NCBI GenBank assembly: GCA_036172245.1
Contig: JAYWIR010000027.1
Span: 2,852,001-2,916,000, forward strand
DNA length: 64,000 nucleotides
Source of the DNA: Raillietiella orientalis
Taxonomy: Eukaryota
Direction of reading: 5' to 3'
The notes beneath the pieces were generated by a model that did not search any database, was not told the origin of the DNA, and saw nothing but the letters and a program-made list of their open reading frames with translations. Shown piece after piece: positions 50,487 through 64,000 of the stretch. How positions within the stretch are numbered: position 1 is the first letter of the stretch; each line of letters opens with the position of its first letter. A program made the position numbers and the translations under genes.

Positions 50487-52287
50487 ACAATTCCCCGGCC
50501 GCTGCAGTGGCCTTGATTTACGTTGCTATTTCCTGGATAAAAAGGACGGTGAAGGTTGGCCTCTCTTCGCGGGTGCGTGCAGTTCCGCTGTCTGAGCTCC
50601 CATGGTTCTGGTCGTTCCTCGCCTTGTTGCAGAAAGCCATTGGCTTAGCGTATAGAATTGAATCAAGTGGAAGTTACGAAAGGACTCGAAGGAAGTAATT
50701 GGCATTTGAAGTGAAGCAGTTTTTTCCCCAAGGCGACGACCTTGTATGCTCCAGTGTGTGGCCATTTGTTCGAATCAACAACAGGACGAGCGTGCCAGCA
50801 TAAAAATTCAAGACCCAACGAATCCAAGAAACACAAGAGTCTTCATCTTTGATTGCTGACACAAACACTGCGCATCCGTGTGTACGTGTCAACAAGGAAA
50901 TTCCTTTGGACGAAGCTTGTACACAAAGACTTAAGTAGAAAAGGGATTAAAGGGTTAGCTTAAATTTTAGCAATCTGCTCCCATGAAAGTGATAAAAGGG
51001 CTGCTTCACGAATGCTCTGCTGAAAAAAGGCTTGCGGTAAACTTCCTTTTACGGTGGACACAGCAGGCAGCATGAGCGGACAACCGAATGTTCCTGGAAA
51101 AACAGTTCCTGGAAAGTTCTTAAGAGATGAATTCAAAGGTCTTCAAGCTTTCAAATGTATACACACACACTTCACACGCACACATGGAGAAAAGTGCACG
51201 TTTTTACCATGCGCTTCATACCCGCGTACGTCACTTTTCTGAATTACTTTCCATTTCTATAGGAGGACGCTAGCGATCAAAGTAGCGTCTCTACTCTCTT
51301 GTTATCATTTGTTCCTAGTGTTCCCATCTCAAGTGCCGTACCGAAATCTCTCAACTGATAGACAATTCAGCAGCAACTATACTATTCCATCGTTCTTCTG
51401 TGAATTGTGGAATCAGGAGTCACACAGGAGAGTCTTACTCAAGCACATTTGAAAACGCTGTTTAGCAATCAGGATATCCTGGTGATGATTTGCTCGTGGA
51501 ATACTTATGTATTGCTACAGTGTTGCATTCTATCCTTTTACATATGGAAATGTAGGTGTACAATTGAAGTACGGGTATGATTTCTTCTTGGGATTTTTTT
51601 TTCAAGTGGGGCATGTTCTTTCACTAAGGAAGACGCTGCCTGATGCTGAAAGCCGTAAACCATGTTCATGAATGAATAACAACAACAACACATAAAAAAA
51701 ATCACTTCCAGGCAAGCTGCTGTATGAAGGGGCAGGCCATTTCCTAGCATTTGACAAAGAACTTATATTTATGGACAGAGTTCTCCCATTCTCATCACTC
51801 CAGAAGAAAATAAGATAGAATCCTGGTAAGTTTACCAAAAGAACTCATCAAAAATACTGCTTTTAAGACTCAAAAGAAAAAAGCTGAAAGTGAACATTTC
51901 ACTTGAGGCTATAATTTCAGTAACAGCTTTGCATTTATGAACATCACGATAAAATTCTTCACACCGTTGATGCCTACAAAGATATGAATGCATTATGCTT
52001 GGAGTACATGAAAACAATTCTTGACTATCAAAAATGAAATGAAGACTTATTACTAGAAATAACATAAATTGCAACTCATGCACTGCGATATCACAAGTTG
52101 CAGTGATATCTGATTGCTGAACTGAAACACACTTAAATAATGCAGAGATCTCATTTTTTTCTTTTTTTCCACATTGCTTATGAGCTTTTTGACTCCTTAT
52201 GCGCTGGTAAAACCAAACTGATTACAAATAAAAATTCATACAGTGCATTATCAGATACAGAACACTCTCATCAACATAATGCTAAAT

Positions 52288-53471
52288 TCATCTTTGCCAG
52301 CTTGTAGGAGGCTGGTTGGTTCTTGTGGTAGTGGTTTGAGGTGCCTCTGGACTCTGAAACCAAGGTGTCTCCTTGAACAGAAACCATAAATTTGAAGTCC
52401 ATAAAAACATGTTCAGAAATCCAATAATCTGTAAGAGCACATACACAACCACCTTGGTTATAAGTAATATACTCACCACAGAAATGTTGAGGTTTGCAAA
52501 GTGAGGAAGATGCTCAGTTTTACAACCACCATCTTTACAGAGTGGCCAGTGTTGAAAATAAGTGCCAGGATTTGTCGTAGTTTTTAATGCAGAGAGACTA
52601 TTGGCCCAGGCAGCACTGCTAGCTAAGAAAACCAACCCTAACACTGCTGTGATTACAAAATCCTGAAATAGGTGTGATGTTGAATGCTGAAGTGTTTATA
52701 TACTCACAGCTATAGGAAACCAATTCACTGATTTAAGCACGTTGCTATAAAGCAAATACGATGCCAGGGCTAGCAAACCATAAATCATTGCTAAAACGCC
52801 AGCTGTTACAAAAAATTGAGAATCTGATGAGAAATTCCCTGAAAATGGAAACTCTGCTCCTCCGCAAATGTTTTTTTTAGAAGACAGTTCATCAATTCTG
52901 TAAAATGATCAGATCAGATGTTAATCCACATCCAAACAAGGGTGCAATAGGACAAAAACAGAATCAATAGGTTGAAGAAAACTGGATGAACGGAATGGAA
53001 ACTGGATCAGAAAGGTGAACTGCTATGGTCGCAATGGTACACTGTTGTGGATTTCTGGTAACATGAACCAAATTGCTTAAATTACTTACCGAAATGGATA
53101 GCCAAAGTTTTCAGTTACTGTTGTACGTTGCTTATTTGGGCAGTTGATGGAAAATGAAAATTCCCCAACATAGCTTGTGACTAAAGCAAATCCAGTGATA
53201 GCAAACAACTAAACACGAAAAATCTTTCAGGTTTTCGATAAGAAAAAATAATCGAGAAAAATATTTGGAAATTGCAATATCAAGAAGTTAAAAATTCCCC
53301 CTAAATGTTGTTGGCGAATCCAAGAGGGCAGACTTACAAGTTGCAAAACTTTAATAAATCCCTTTGGTTCCTTTAGAACTTCAGTATTAATATCACCAAA
53401 TCCTAGGGCCTAAAAACAAAAACATGACTACACTTTCCAGAAAAAACTACCCTCACCTGAGCTGATGCCAT
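52288..53471 (-). CDS. SYP: Synaptophysin/synaptoporin-like MARVEL membrane protein, multi-exon
   Basis: MASAQ/ALGFGDINTEVLKEPKGFIKVLQL, FGYPF, GNFSSDSQFFVTAGVLAMIY, LASSAAWANSLSALKTTTNP, FANLNISV/IIGFLNMFLWTSNLWFLFKETPW; short GT-AG introns. Confidence 0.9.
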
Positions 53472-56400
53472 AAATTCTTCCGAGTGGGCAAAACTTGACT
53501 GCACTTATCTGGCAAGTGATAGCGTGCAAATGCTGAATATATAAACGTTAAAAATTACCATGCACGCTTCTGTTGCAGAAAATAAGAACAATTTTACAAA
53601 ACCCTACAGATAACAATCAAATGCACTCAGCAGATGTCATCAAGAGAAACATAATACTATTTCCCATATACCCTTTCGGAAAATGCACTCGATGCATTCA
53701 GTGGGCAAGTGGCGAGAAAGAAGCCCAATGCACGATATCCTTCGTCTTACAAACCAAATCACCCACTAGGCACACTTCCCGATGTAACCAACACCGCTAC
53801 ACGGAACACATCCAGTTTTCACATGGGAAACTCTGACCTACTACACAGGGGACAGCGAGCACACCTAGCAGCTCCCACTAGCCAAGCTGGGCGAGCGGGG
53901 GGCGCGTACGCTACACACACACACACACCGTACCAAACACGGACAAAAAGGACACGGCTTCAACACGAAGTTTGCAGGTGCACGGGTTTCCAGAATCCAC
54001 AGCAAAAATTCAGGATACAAGGCTTTTTTTTTCTTTTTGGTTTCCCGTAACCGAAGAGCCAAGATGATCGCGCGTTCAATAGGCGTCAGGGGCAACCGTG
54101 GACATGGACACACAAACACACACAAGACAGTTTCCCAGGAGTGTACATGCGAAAATATGTACATTAGCGTAGGAAAGACGGGCGACTTATACAGTGGAGG
54201 AGGGTAAGCTGGTGGAAAGGAATTCTGGCCCACTTTCTGATGCCTCCATGTGTGTTTTTTGCCTTCCAGTGATATAAGCAAAAGCGCTTCGCCATTCAAA
54301 TAGGTGCACCCTGAAAGGCGAAAAAATTCGACTACCTCCTCCATGTGTGCATCCACATTTTCGACTTGAGAATTCGGCTCAGGATGTTTTGAGCATAATT
54401 TGAAACTGAAATGAGGAGTGGAATGTTGGGGAAAATGCTGCAAACTGTCTGAACTCCTTAGATCCAATACCAGTAGGTTGCCATGAACGAAAGAAGAAAA
54501 AAGGTCGCAGCAGAAGCAGCATTCAAAAATACAATATTCCAAGAATGGAGTGGGATTGCTGGCCTTCTTAATGGCTTATAATGTATAGACAAAGGATCTT
54601 GGTTTGCTTTTTTTGCATTCTTTTCCGCCATTTCTGCTTTACAGAAGAATGTTTTCTTCTGTCCTGAAGCTTCTGTTTCCTCACTTCAGTGGGAATCAGG
54701 CTTCCTGATCGACATTTCTTGCAAGCCCGTAAGTCAGGGAAACAGGCGACTTCTGTCCTTACAAACCGATGTGACGCATTAAGGGCACGCAAGACCCCAA
54801 TACAGCCGGTTACCATCTTTCTGTATACATCGAACACGTGGTAGAGAAATAGGCATCTTCGTAAGGAAACTGTTCTACTGATGGCAGCACTGCCCAACGA
54901 AATGAAACTCACTAAAGATGGAATTCGCGGCGAAAGTGAAGTGTAAGTATCTAACAGGAAATTCTGAAAGAGCCCGAACATACCACAAGGGAAAACCTTC
55001 GAAGCATGCATGCTCAAGTGGACACCACCCAAGTTTGATCTCTGGCAAGAGTCTGCATTCTCACAACACATTCTTGTCTCTGATCTTTCGAACTTGTTGT
55101 TGTCTGAGCCTGTTGAAAAGAACTCCCCACAGATGAATGAACAGAGAGAAACTTTATCTGCTTCACCTTCCGCCCCCTCTTGTCGAATGTTTCGTTATTT
55201 CCTCCTCGAGAACATCCAGATTCATGTGCGCTAAATAACGAAACGGAAGTGTGAAAAACGAAACATCACCCCTCAGAGATGTGGTTCTGCCTTCCTTCCT
55301 CCAGATTTTGCAAATCATTCTATTCCTCAGGACCGTCCTGGCCAATATCTGATACTGCAGATTAAGTTGCACTGCAGTTGTTTGTTCTTTCGTTGCAGTT
55401 CGGACTCGGCCCTCCTAATTTTCTTTCGGTGAAAATCTCGTTCCTCCTCAGCACTGAGAATGCCCGCTGGGAGAGGCAGGAGGTCTCTTGTACCCGTGCT
55501 AAATGGGTCATTTCAATCTTGCTGTCCATACAAAACGCTCTCACCCTGGCGTCGATTCCAATTCCAAAGACTGCTGAGCTCCAGTTACGCATCCGATGCA
55601 GTTAATGGGATGAGGACCAAGAAGATGAAGGATGGCTTGAAGGACGGCCACTGGATTGTTGGGTACCGGCTGACCAGAGTCCAAGCTCTCCGTCAAACTA
55701 ATGGAACCTAACGTAGCCGCCACTTTGCCCACCTCTTGACCTACTTGGGTATCTCCTTCTGCTCATTCTCGATTTTCAGGCCCGGGGGGAAAAAAAATCC
55801 ATGGACCACGAAGGAGAGATGGAACAGAAGAGGACGACCCCTCGCTTCGGTATGTGGATCGAATCCAAGGACTGTTGACGTTTCCTTTTTTGAGCGATTT
55901 CCAGCTTTGCGGTTTGCTTCCTTCCTGCCCTTTCCTCTCTGTTCTTAGTTTTCTCGTCCTTCTCCCTTTGCAGACACGGGGGATTCTCACCTTTAGGATC
56001 GTCAAAAGTGGACGCGGAAAGCGCAAATTCGTCCGCACTGCTGGAATACCCAGATCAAACTCCACCTCGCCCGCTGCGCAGCGTCAGCGAAGAGGCGAGG
56101 ACGGAGAGCTGGGCAGGACCCGTCGCAGGAAGTCATCGAAGCAGACTTCAGGGGAGCCCAGGAGAAGCTCCTTTTAGTTCGAGCATCTCTTCCTTGGTGG
56201 CGGTCGGCGAGAGACGGCTTTATTCCGGATGCGGACCTTTCGGACGCTGCGCGCAATGACGCGGAAGAGCGCGGGAGGTAGAGGGGGTCAGCAGAGAGAA
56301 TGAAGGTGGAACAGGGAGAACCCCGGTTTCTCTCAGGGCAGGACGTGCCCGGATCCTCTCGGAAGAAGGAGTCGAGTGCGGAAGGGACCATGCGGAGGTC

Positions 56401-59400
56401 CGAGAGGGACAGTTCCGAGGCGGCGGACTCAGCAAGAGGCAGACCGAGGCGGCCTGGGGATGAGAGCTCCGATGAGGCAGAAGTTCCTCAAGCTGCGGGA
56501 TGATCTCCGCGGGAGGAGAGATGTATGGGAGGCTGCAGCTCGCGAGCACCTGGAGACGTCAGGACTCCGGAAGAGAGTATCCGCCTGGGACGACTGCAGG
56601 CAGGGGCTCTATAAGTGAGGTGCTTGGTCTCAGAAAGACGCGAGCCGCGCCGGCTCGCGGACTCTTTGGAAGTATTCCCCTTCGACTTCCGTGGACCCCC
56701 CCGCGGCCCTTTGTCTTCCTGCCCTCGCCGAAAGGGTTGAAGGAATTGAGGGAACCGGACCGCCACGGGAGTGAGCTACGGGAGGATAGGTGGCTCGACA
56801 CCCCGGATTTGTGCATTCAAAGGGAAGTCAGGCTGCTCGATGGCAGTGCAGAAGTGGAGTAGAGCAGGGAGGGAGGGGATACCCACGGAGCAACGAAGTC
56901 CACGTGGGAGAGAGCGTGTGTGGCGGGATCTCGGGAACGACGAGAGCGAAAAGAAAGAAAACGGCGACCGATGCGTGTGGAATGTCGTAGCGAAGGAGGC
57001 GAAAGCTGAGGGAAGAGCTCGTCTCCCTATGCTTCCAAGAAGACCTTCCCCACCCAGAGTCAGCTGCAGATCCTCACTCGTCCGGGAGGCACCGCCCTCC
57101 AAGAGGAGGTTACAGTTCCCCCTTTTCGCCGACGTCTTTCCTGCGAACGACGGACGGATTAACCTCTTCCTCTCCACCCGCCCCCTTGGATGCTGCCCAT
57201 GGCCCCGCTCGAACTTTTCTTCTCCTTCGCTTTCCTCTACGTGTCCCTTCGAGCACGAAGATGCCGTCGGTTGCCCGCCTCAGATGGCACCAGGAAAGCA
57301 AACTGCCCGTGCCGATCCTGTTAGTGACCAGTGTGCTTCCCACGCTGTAACCTACTTTTTCCCTGATCTGTGACTAGAGAGCTCTCGAAGCATTTCACCC
57401 TTTCTCAGAAATTCGGCAATGCTTTTCCCACGCAGCAGAGGCAGAGGACCACCGTGCATGATCGCAGTGGACCCATCCTTAGAGGACGGAGTTCCGATGA
57501 TGTTTGGCGAGAAAAGAAACGAGGAAAAAGAACGGGAGGAGATAAACAGCTCACAACGAACTTTAAGCTATTTATTAGCTATTATTAGTTGCTATTTAAC
57601 AACCTGGGGTGGTTTCCGGTCTTGATTTGCGAGACCCTGAGGGGATAAAGTGGTTGCTAGCCACTCAAAGTCTCTGTGGACTCGAACCGCGGCGTTTCCC
57701 ATTCCAGTGAGCAGCGCAGAATCTTTCCCGCGTTCCACAGGTCATTATTTTTCGAGGCTCACTTTTGAGCAGTCCAATCTTTTGATTCATTCGCTTTCTT
57801 TCGTTCATTCATCTTGTACTTGTCTCGAGACCATGGATTTTTTCCCCCTTCCTTTCAAGGGATTCCTCTTTAAAACAAAAATCTCCAAGAATCATTGGCA
57901 TTTGAAGAAAAGAAAAAAAAAATCATCACGGCCTCCGGTTTAATCAAAGCGTTGTGCTTATATGCACTTGGCAACACTGCGGAAATTATGCGACTTACCA
58001 ATGGTTAGTCTCTTTAACAGACGATCGCGCGGAAGCACCGCCGACTGCAGCCAGCACTCATAGATGGAGTAATTATATCGCATTGCGAAACAAAACAAAA
58101 AAAACATGAGGTGCACTGAGAACTAAAGCCACATCAATAAACACCTTTCAGACCAAAACAACTTCTGTAAACAAAAATACGGTAAGTACATACCGAAAGC
58201 ATCCTTTCTCTTTTCCATTCTTTTGTCTATCCACATTAAAGAAGAGGGCCTTTAGCTCACCTCTTCACTGTCCATACCAAATATGAAATGGCAACCTACT
58301 CAAGAGACACCGAACATTACTGTGACACCAAAAGGGAGGGGAGAGAAAAAATAAAATGGCAGTACACCAGACAACAGCCTGATTTTTTCTCTTGTTCCTC
58401 GGAACAGGAAGAACACAATCAATTTGGTTTCTGAATGAGGTACGACATGGTTCCAAACCGTGAAAGTAGTTTGGGCAATTTCCGCTCTTGAAATCTCTCT
58501 GAGCCCGGGTACATGCCATCGTATCTTTTTTTCTTCGAGTTCCAACCTACTTTCCATTTGGACTCGTGTATTAGTTGTACGTAAGAGAAATTAAATCTTC
58601 GAACAGAATCCGCTCCAGCGAACAGGCACACAAAAGCAGTGTGCATTTATGCTTGTAAATCAGAGACCCGTCCCAGCTACCAAAACTCGGGAAGTTCGAA
58701 CAAGTTGCCTGAATTCATGCTAAGGAGAGTACCGAGAGAATCCCTTCTGAAGTTGAGGATCCAAAGGAAGGACGCGGCCTTCCTTGGACCGCCGTTTGCA
58801 AAATGCACCATTCGGAACTGCATGACTCTTCCCTGGAAGCAAATCGAAATTTGCCCGCGCCCTGTAAGGGTTGCATTTTCGGGTGCGTCCGCTTGACCTG
58901 TCCCCTACCCCTCCCATAGCATAGGCGCCAGTCAACGAAGAGCATGAAGTCTTGGGCTGCGTGCTCCGCATGCTGGGCAGAGAATGCCGCCCAGAAATAC
59001 CCCACCGACTTTTATCGAGTTTCGCCTCCTCCCTTGCGGGGGAACCTTCCCAGAGATTCTTGAAGCTTCTAGCTGGAAAGATCGGAAAGCGGATTTTTTG
59101 GCTTGTTTCTTTTATTCGTTTTTTTCCCAAAGACATGTGTTTACGGAGAGAGAGGGATGCCTGAAATCGAAGCCCACCTATTACATTAATAAGGCTACAC
59201 GGCTTCCACGTGTCAGAAGTTCTTCGGGTGCCGTATGGAGAGAGTGACTGGAAACGCTAAATGACGATAACCACACGCAGCTATGAGATGGACTGATTCG
59301 TTCGCAAGGTAACGCCACCACCGTACATTTGAGATGCTTTTCAAGGTAAGCGCGCGCCTTTGCAACTTCACGCTCGGAAATTCCGAACTTCTGAGTGAAC

Positions 59401-62400
59401 GGAAGCGTAGATTCAGTTTGTTTATTTATTTTTTAAACAGCAGCAGCAACAGAAAAGCTTTCCATTAACTTCAGTCCGTATCCTCTCGTTCCACCGTTAC
59501 CATTTCATGATAACTGCGCATGCGGGCACTGTAAATGAACACATGTATCGCAAATATTGGAAGCGACAGCAGAGAGATGTTTACCGCCCGCAGCACGGAA
59601 GTGCGCTGCGCGAAAAGCGAAGCAAGAATCTGCTTCCCAATCAGTATGACTCTGGTCTGCGCTTCTTGTTTGCCTTTGTCTGCTTGCGTCACACTAGATG
59701 AAGTCCATTTCACCGAAAGGAATAACAGAAAATTATTCATTATTAATTACATCAGTTCCCCATTCCTGTTGGGATTGCGGGTGCCAAACGGGTCATCCAC
59801 TCGGCTGCGGCTACTTCCCGTTTTCTGCGGAGGCGCTTGCGGCGTTACCTTACTTGTGGGAACCCATTGCAATCTCGAATTGTAGACTTCAGTTGGCACT
59901 CCTCCTTGGCTGACAAAAAGGAGGTATCTAGCAAAAGGTTTTTGTTTTGTTTTTTGAAAGACTGTCTTTGTTTCGGAGTTCAGTGCATCCAGCAGATGCG
60001 ACCCGATTTCAACCGCTGATCCATAGTCAATCCAACAGGGGTCGGATTGAGGCACCAGCAGAGAAGAGGAAGGAAACACCCACCCTTCTTCCTTTCTACA
60101 TCATTTTTGCCTCTGCAGAGATCGCATCATGTGCAGGCTTGCCCCAATCCGGTGTAGTTTCGAAAAAGTGTCTTCCATGCGTGCAGGAGCTTCGTCCCCC
60201 GCCGGGACACGAAGCTCGATGCAGCAACAAGCTTCGTGTTGCGTAAGGCCGACTGCGGCGCGTACTGCAGGCTCCGGTACTGCGAAGCCTTTGGACTGCG
60301 GCGGGGAGAAAGAAGGTCCCAATTCCGGGAAGAGACGAGAACACTTGCGGAAGCACGCATGGAGCCACATAAAGCAGGAGGCAAGAGGACGAGGAAGCAT
60401 TTCTGCTCACCGACCATCTGCACGCATGCAGCCATTCTCGTGAACAGAGTGTGCTTCCTCCCCTCCCACCGACCGGGTCCAAAGGTGCGGCGGCGGCCAA
60501 GGGACGCTGCGGTGTCGCTCGAGCAGCGAGTGCCCTTCCGACCCGAGTACCTCCGTTCTGAGCCTCGACAGGCATCACGGGGACCGACCTCTAGGGTCAG
60601 TCTCGTCCCAGGCTCGGAAAGCGCACCGCCATCGACGAGACAGTGATGGTGAGCTGTCCGTGGCCGGCCACAGGGTCTGCCTCCGCGAAACTGTGCGAGT
60701 GCGAAAAGCTGGTCGCGACGTCCTGGGGGCGGGAAAAGTGCCAGTTCTTCGTTCAGCCCGTTCGTTCGCTGAGGAGAATGGCGTGCACCACCAGTCCTCT
60801 GCTGACAGACAAAACTCCTCGATCCGTGAAGTGCTCACTCATCCCTGTTGAAATCTGGAGTGGTTCGTCCTGTGCTCACGCCCCTTCCTACCCACACCCT
60901 TCCCCTGCCCCAGAGCATTTAAAGTTCGGCGAGAAAGAGCAGCAGGAGCGCGCGGCCTGCATGCAACGCCAGCATCCTTTCTCGCTGCTTCCCCTCCTCT
61001 GCAGTGCCTGCGGAGCGTTGACTCAGTCGGGCAACAGCCGGCGGTACCACGTTCGTCCGTTGCAACCAGCGCCCTCGGCCAGCTTTTTGGGTCACGGAAG
61101 CTTCTGCAGTTGCAGGAACGTACTTTGAAGCAGCGGAGAGGTTGCATGCGCTCCTTAGGAGTGACTCGCGAACACCTGCTTCCGCCTTACTGTCGTGCTC
61201 CTCGTCCCCAGGAGGCGCGCGCGTACACCGCTCCACACGCACAGGCAGCAGCGCTCGCATCGAGTGGGGGCAGCCCGGGCAGCAAACGTCAGAGATCCAG
61301 AATGCGCGGGATGCGGTTCCCTGTGCGTTCGCTTTCGTCATCTGAACACATCCGGAGCACTGGAAGCGATCCGTAGGAACGCACCGTTGCCATGTCGTTT
61401 GCCCATCTTCGCCGGCAGTGGCGGCGGCGAGGAAAGAAGTTGGTCGGTTCCTCCCCTCGTTTTTGTGTGTGTGAGTGGCGTGTGTCCTTTCCACGCCTCC
61501 TCAGCTGTCCCGAAAGAACGGGAGTCACGTGAACGTGGTACCGGAGCACGGACGGTGCACGAGCCGGTTGTGCCCTCCGCGTGCTGCGCGCCTCTCCATG
61601 CAACGCTGTTTTTTCCGTTTCGCGGATTGCATCCTAGCAATGCAGCCAACAGCTGCGCCTTGCGCTCGAGACTTCACAGATAGGAATGCAAGCATCCATG
61701 GGCTGGAGCATCGCGGAGCTCGAGATTTGCAGTACTCGTGAAGTCCGCTTGGAGCGCGCGGGCAAGGACGTGTTTAATGCCCGCAGGGAAATTGACCTTT
61801 TGTGACGCAATTAAAGCGCCTCCGAAGGTGGCGTTGCCCTATCTATGCCCCAGCGGCAGCAGGCCCGTAGAGACCAGGGAGGGGCTACTGCTAGTCATGT
61901 GGGAGAGCACCCGGCAGGTTTGCGCGCGTCCCGTTCGATCACGGGTTCGAGATGTGTGGATGCCTCAGAGTCAAATTCCCTCCCCCCTCCTCCTCCTCCT
62001 CCTCTTCGTTGCGCAACGCAGGTGGATTGCGCGCCTGCAGGTGCAAGCAGTCCAAGGACTCCTAGGGCTCTTTTTCCGGGAGCACCGCTGGCATCCTTGA
62101 CACAGTCCGCTTTCGGTTCGAGTAGACCGGCACGTTTTCAGGCGGCTAGGACACGTCACCACCCCGTGGCGGGTTCATCGCCAGACGCCTGCAGGGGCAT
62201 CTGCTGGCGCGAAGACAAACTGCGGGACAGCTGCTGAAGAAATCCTCTCCCCCTGGCCAGATTCAGATCTGCACGTCTGCATCACCTCAAGACGTCTCAG
62301 AGGGTCCAGGAATGCGTGGAGGACGGGAGGCACCCCTAGCCAGATGGCGGCGTCAAATTCACGCACGCCGAGGCGGGGCGGCGTCCGTCCCTCCAGACGC

Positions 62401-62899
62401 CCTGGGAAGCAGGAGAGGGGAGGCGCCAGAGTTCTCTGATGGGATGAGGAAGGGACGGGAGCGGTCGAGGATGAAGCATTCTCCCTATCCCTTCCGCTCT
62501 GCTCACCTCTCCCGTTGCTCTCTCATACGAAGTTTGCTGCCCGCTCAGATGCGGCGATGGACCTTCGCGCTCCAAGTTTGCAGTTGCCAAGGGAAGCGCA
62601 GAATGGAAGCACTGATCTTTTGGTAGGAAGAGCGTCCTGCTGTACCAACCTTCGGCTCACCCGCTCCCCTTCGCAACCTCCGGCGAAAGGGGATCGCGGA
62701 ACCCACCTTTTTGGTCAAGAGGGGACCGACAGAAAGGGTGCAGGAGTGGGAGGAAGGAGTCCTGAGAAGGCTGTCGCCAGCCGCTCCTCGGGAGATACTG
62801 GGGGATAGGGAGCAAGATCTCCAAGAGTGAGGGGAAGAAGGGCGACGGGCTGCAGTCGAGGACCTTTCCAGGAGGCTAAAGGACGCTTCCACCTGCCCT

Positions 62900-63270
62900 C
62901 TGGAGGCTGCGCGCCGCGAACCAGCCGGATGCAGGATTGGTGGGGAAGCCCGCGTCCTTCTGGGTGGACGCGAGCCGCAGGTTCGGGGAACAGAGGGAGA
63001 ACGAGAGCGCGTAAAGGGGAGGGATCCCATGGATTCTCATGGAGGATGGAGCCCTTTTCTGAAGGCCTCTTCTAGGTCGAGCTCCGCCGCCCCACGCGGC
63101 GAGGAGTAGGAGGCACGCGCGATGTCCCTCCCGGGCTCATCTTCCTCGTGCTCATTCCTCCCACCCGTAAAGGGTCCTGAGGCAACAGGGAGTCCAGATG
63201 GGAGTGCTCGTCCTCTCGTCCTCCCTCGAGGGAGGTCACCTTCGAGGAACAGGGGTTGTCGTCCCCACTT
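62900..63270 (-). mobile_element. Possible further degenerate fragment of the LINE family
   Basis: Short by-eye matches to 43470-43550 and the reverse complement of 32030-32050. Confidence 0.3.
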
Positions 63271-64000
63271 TTCCCGATCCCCACGGCTGCCCTGCTCCGC
63301 GCTCCCGGTGAGCCCTGGACATCTCTGGGCGAGGCAGTCCGCTCAACACTCGCGGCCGGTTTCCCTCGCTCTTTGGCATCGACAAGCGAACCGTGGAGGA
63401 GATGGGACGAACGTCATGCAAGACGTCACGTTCCCTTGCCTCCGTTCCGTGGCTCTTCCCGTGTCGCGACTGCTGCTGCTGCTGCTGCTCGCGGTCTTTG
63501 TGCTTCTTCCCGACCATCTGCACCTCCTCTTCGTGCGTTTCCTTATCTCCTGGTAGTGCGCAGAAGGTGACGTGGGCCCGGGAAGGCTGGAGGTGGGGAA
63601 GGGACGACCAAAGACCCACACGTGATGGCCTCTCTGGCTCCGGGAGGAAAGGGGGAATCGGTAGCCAATCGGTCCGCAAGTTCTACTGTCTGCCGAGTCC
63701 TCCGTCGGGAGGGGTGCGAGAGGAGGAGGTGGCGTGAATGCTCGGAGAGAATGGTGATAGCGAGAAACGAACCGAGAAGTTTCGTCCCACCTTCGAACTT
63801 GCGCATCTCTGAGTTCCTTTTCCTCACGGGGTGGGGGGGGCGTAGCAAAAATTATGGGCATGTGCCGAAAAGCCGTGAAGCTGTAGCATCGACCGTTGCG
63901 AGGCGAGACATGGGAAACGAGGACGATTATCAAACGCGATCAAAAATGCTTTAAAGCTTGGCATAACAGGTGTGCGGCGGCAGGAGGCATCGACTCCATT

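Noticed and set aside
57660..57720. tRNA gene suggested by a minus-strand GGTTCGAGTCC
   Set aside because: B-box only, no cloverleaf; at most a SINE remnant.

Overview
Eukaryotic (invertebrate animal-like) nuclear DNA, not prokaryotic. Five spliced genes are recognisable: midnolin (+, 392-5922), DNAJC1-like (-), SLC17A9-like (-), beta-galactosidase GLB1-like (+, about 15 kb, 12 exons) and synaptophysin-like (-). The most unusual part is the roughly 6.8-17.1 kb interval between midnolin and DNAJC1, which holds several kinds of foreign DNA. It contains a mitochondrial nad6-cob insertion (NUMT), an endogenised CRESS DNA virus (capsid plus convergent Rep helicase, and a probable degenerate Rep HUH piece), and several co-oriented, 5'-truncated non-LTR retrotransposon ends with a zf-RVT-type C-terminus. 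These elements end in a conserved AATAAA-like signal plus a 19-nt GC hairpin and show no poly(A) tail. One copy splits the cob NUMT with a visible target-site duplication, and another sits at the front of the viral capsid. In three places the same LINE family is joined tail-to-tail, at the same junction, to a tRNA-like SINE. All calls come from manual translation and motif recognition; no database searches were run.
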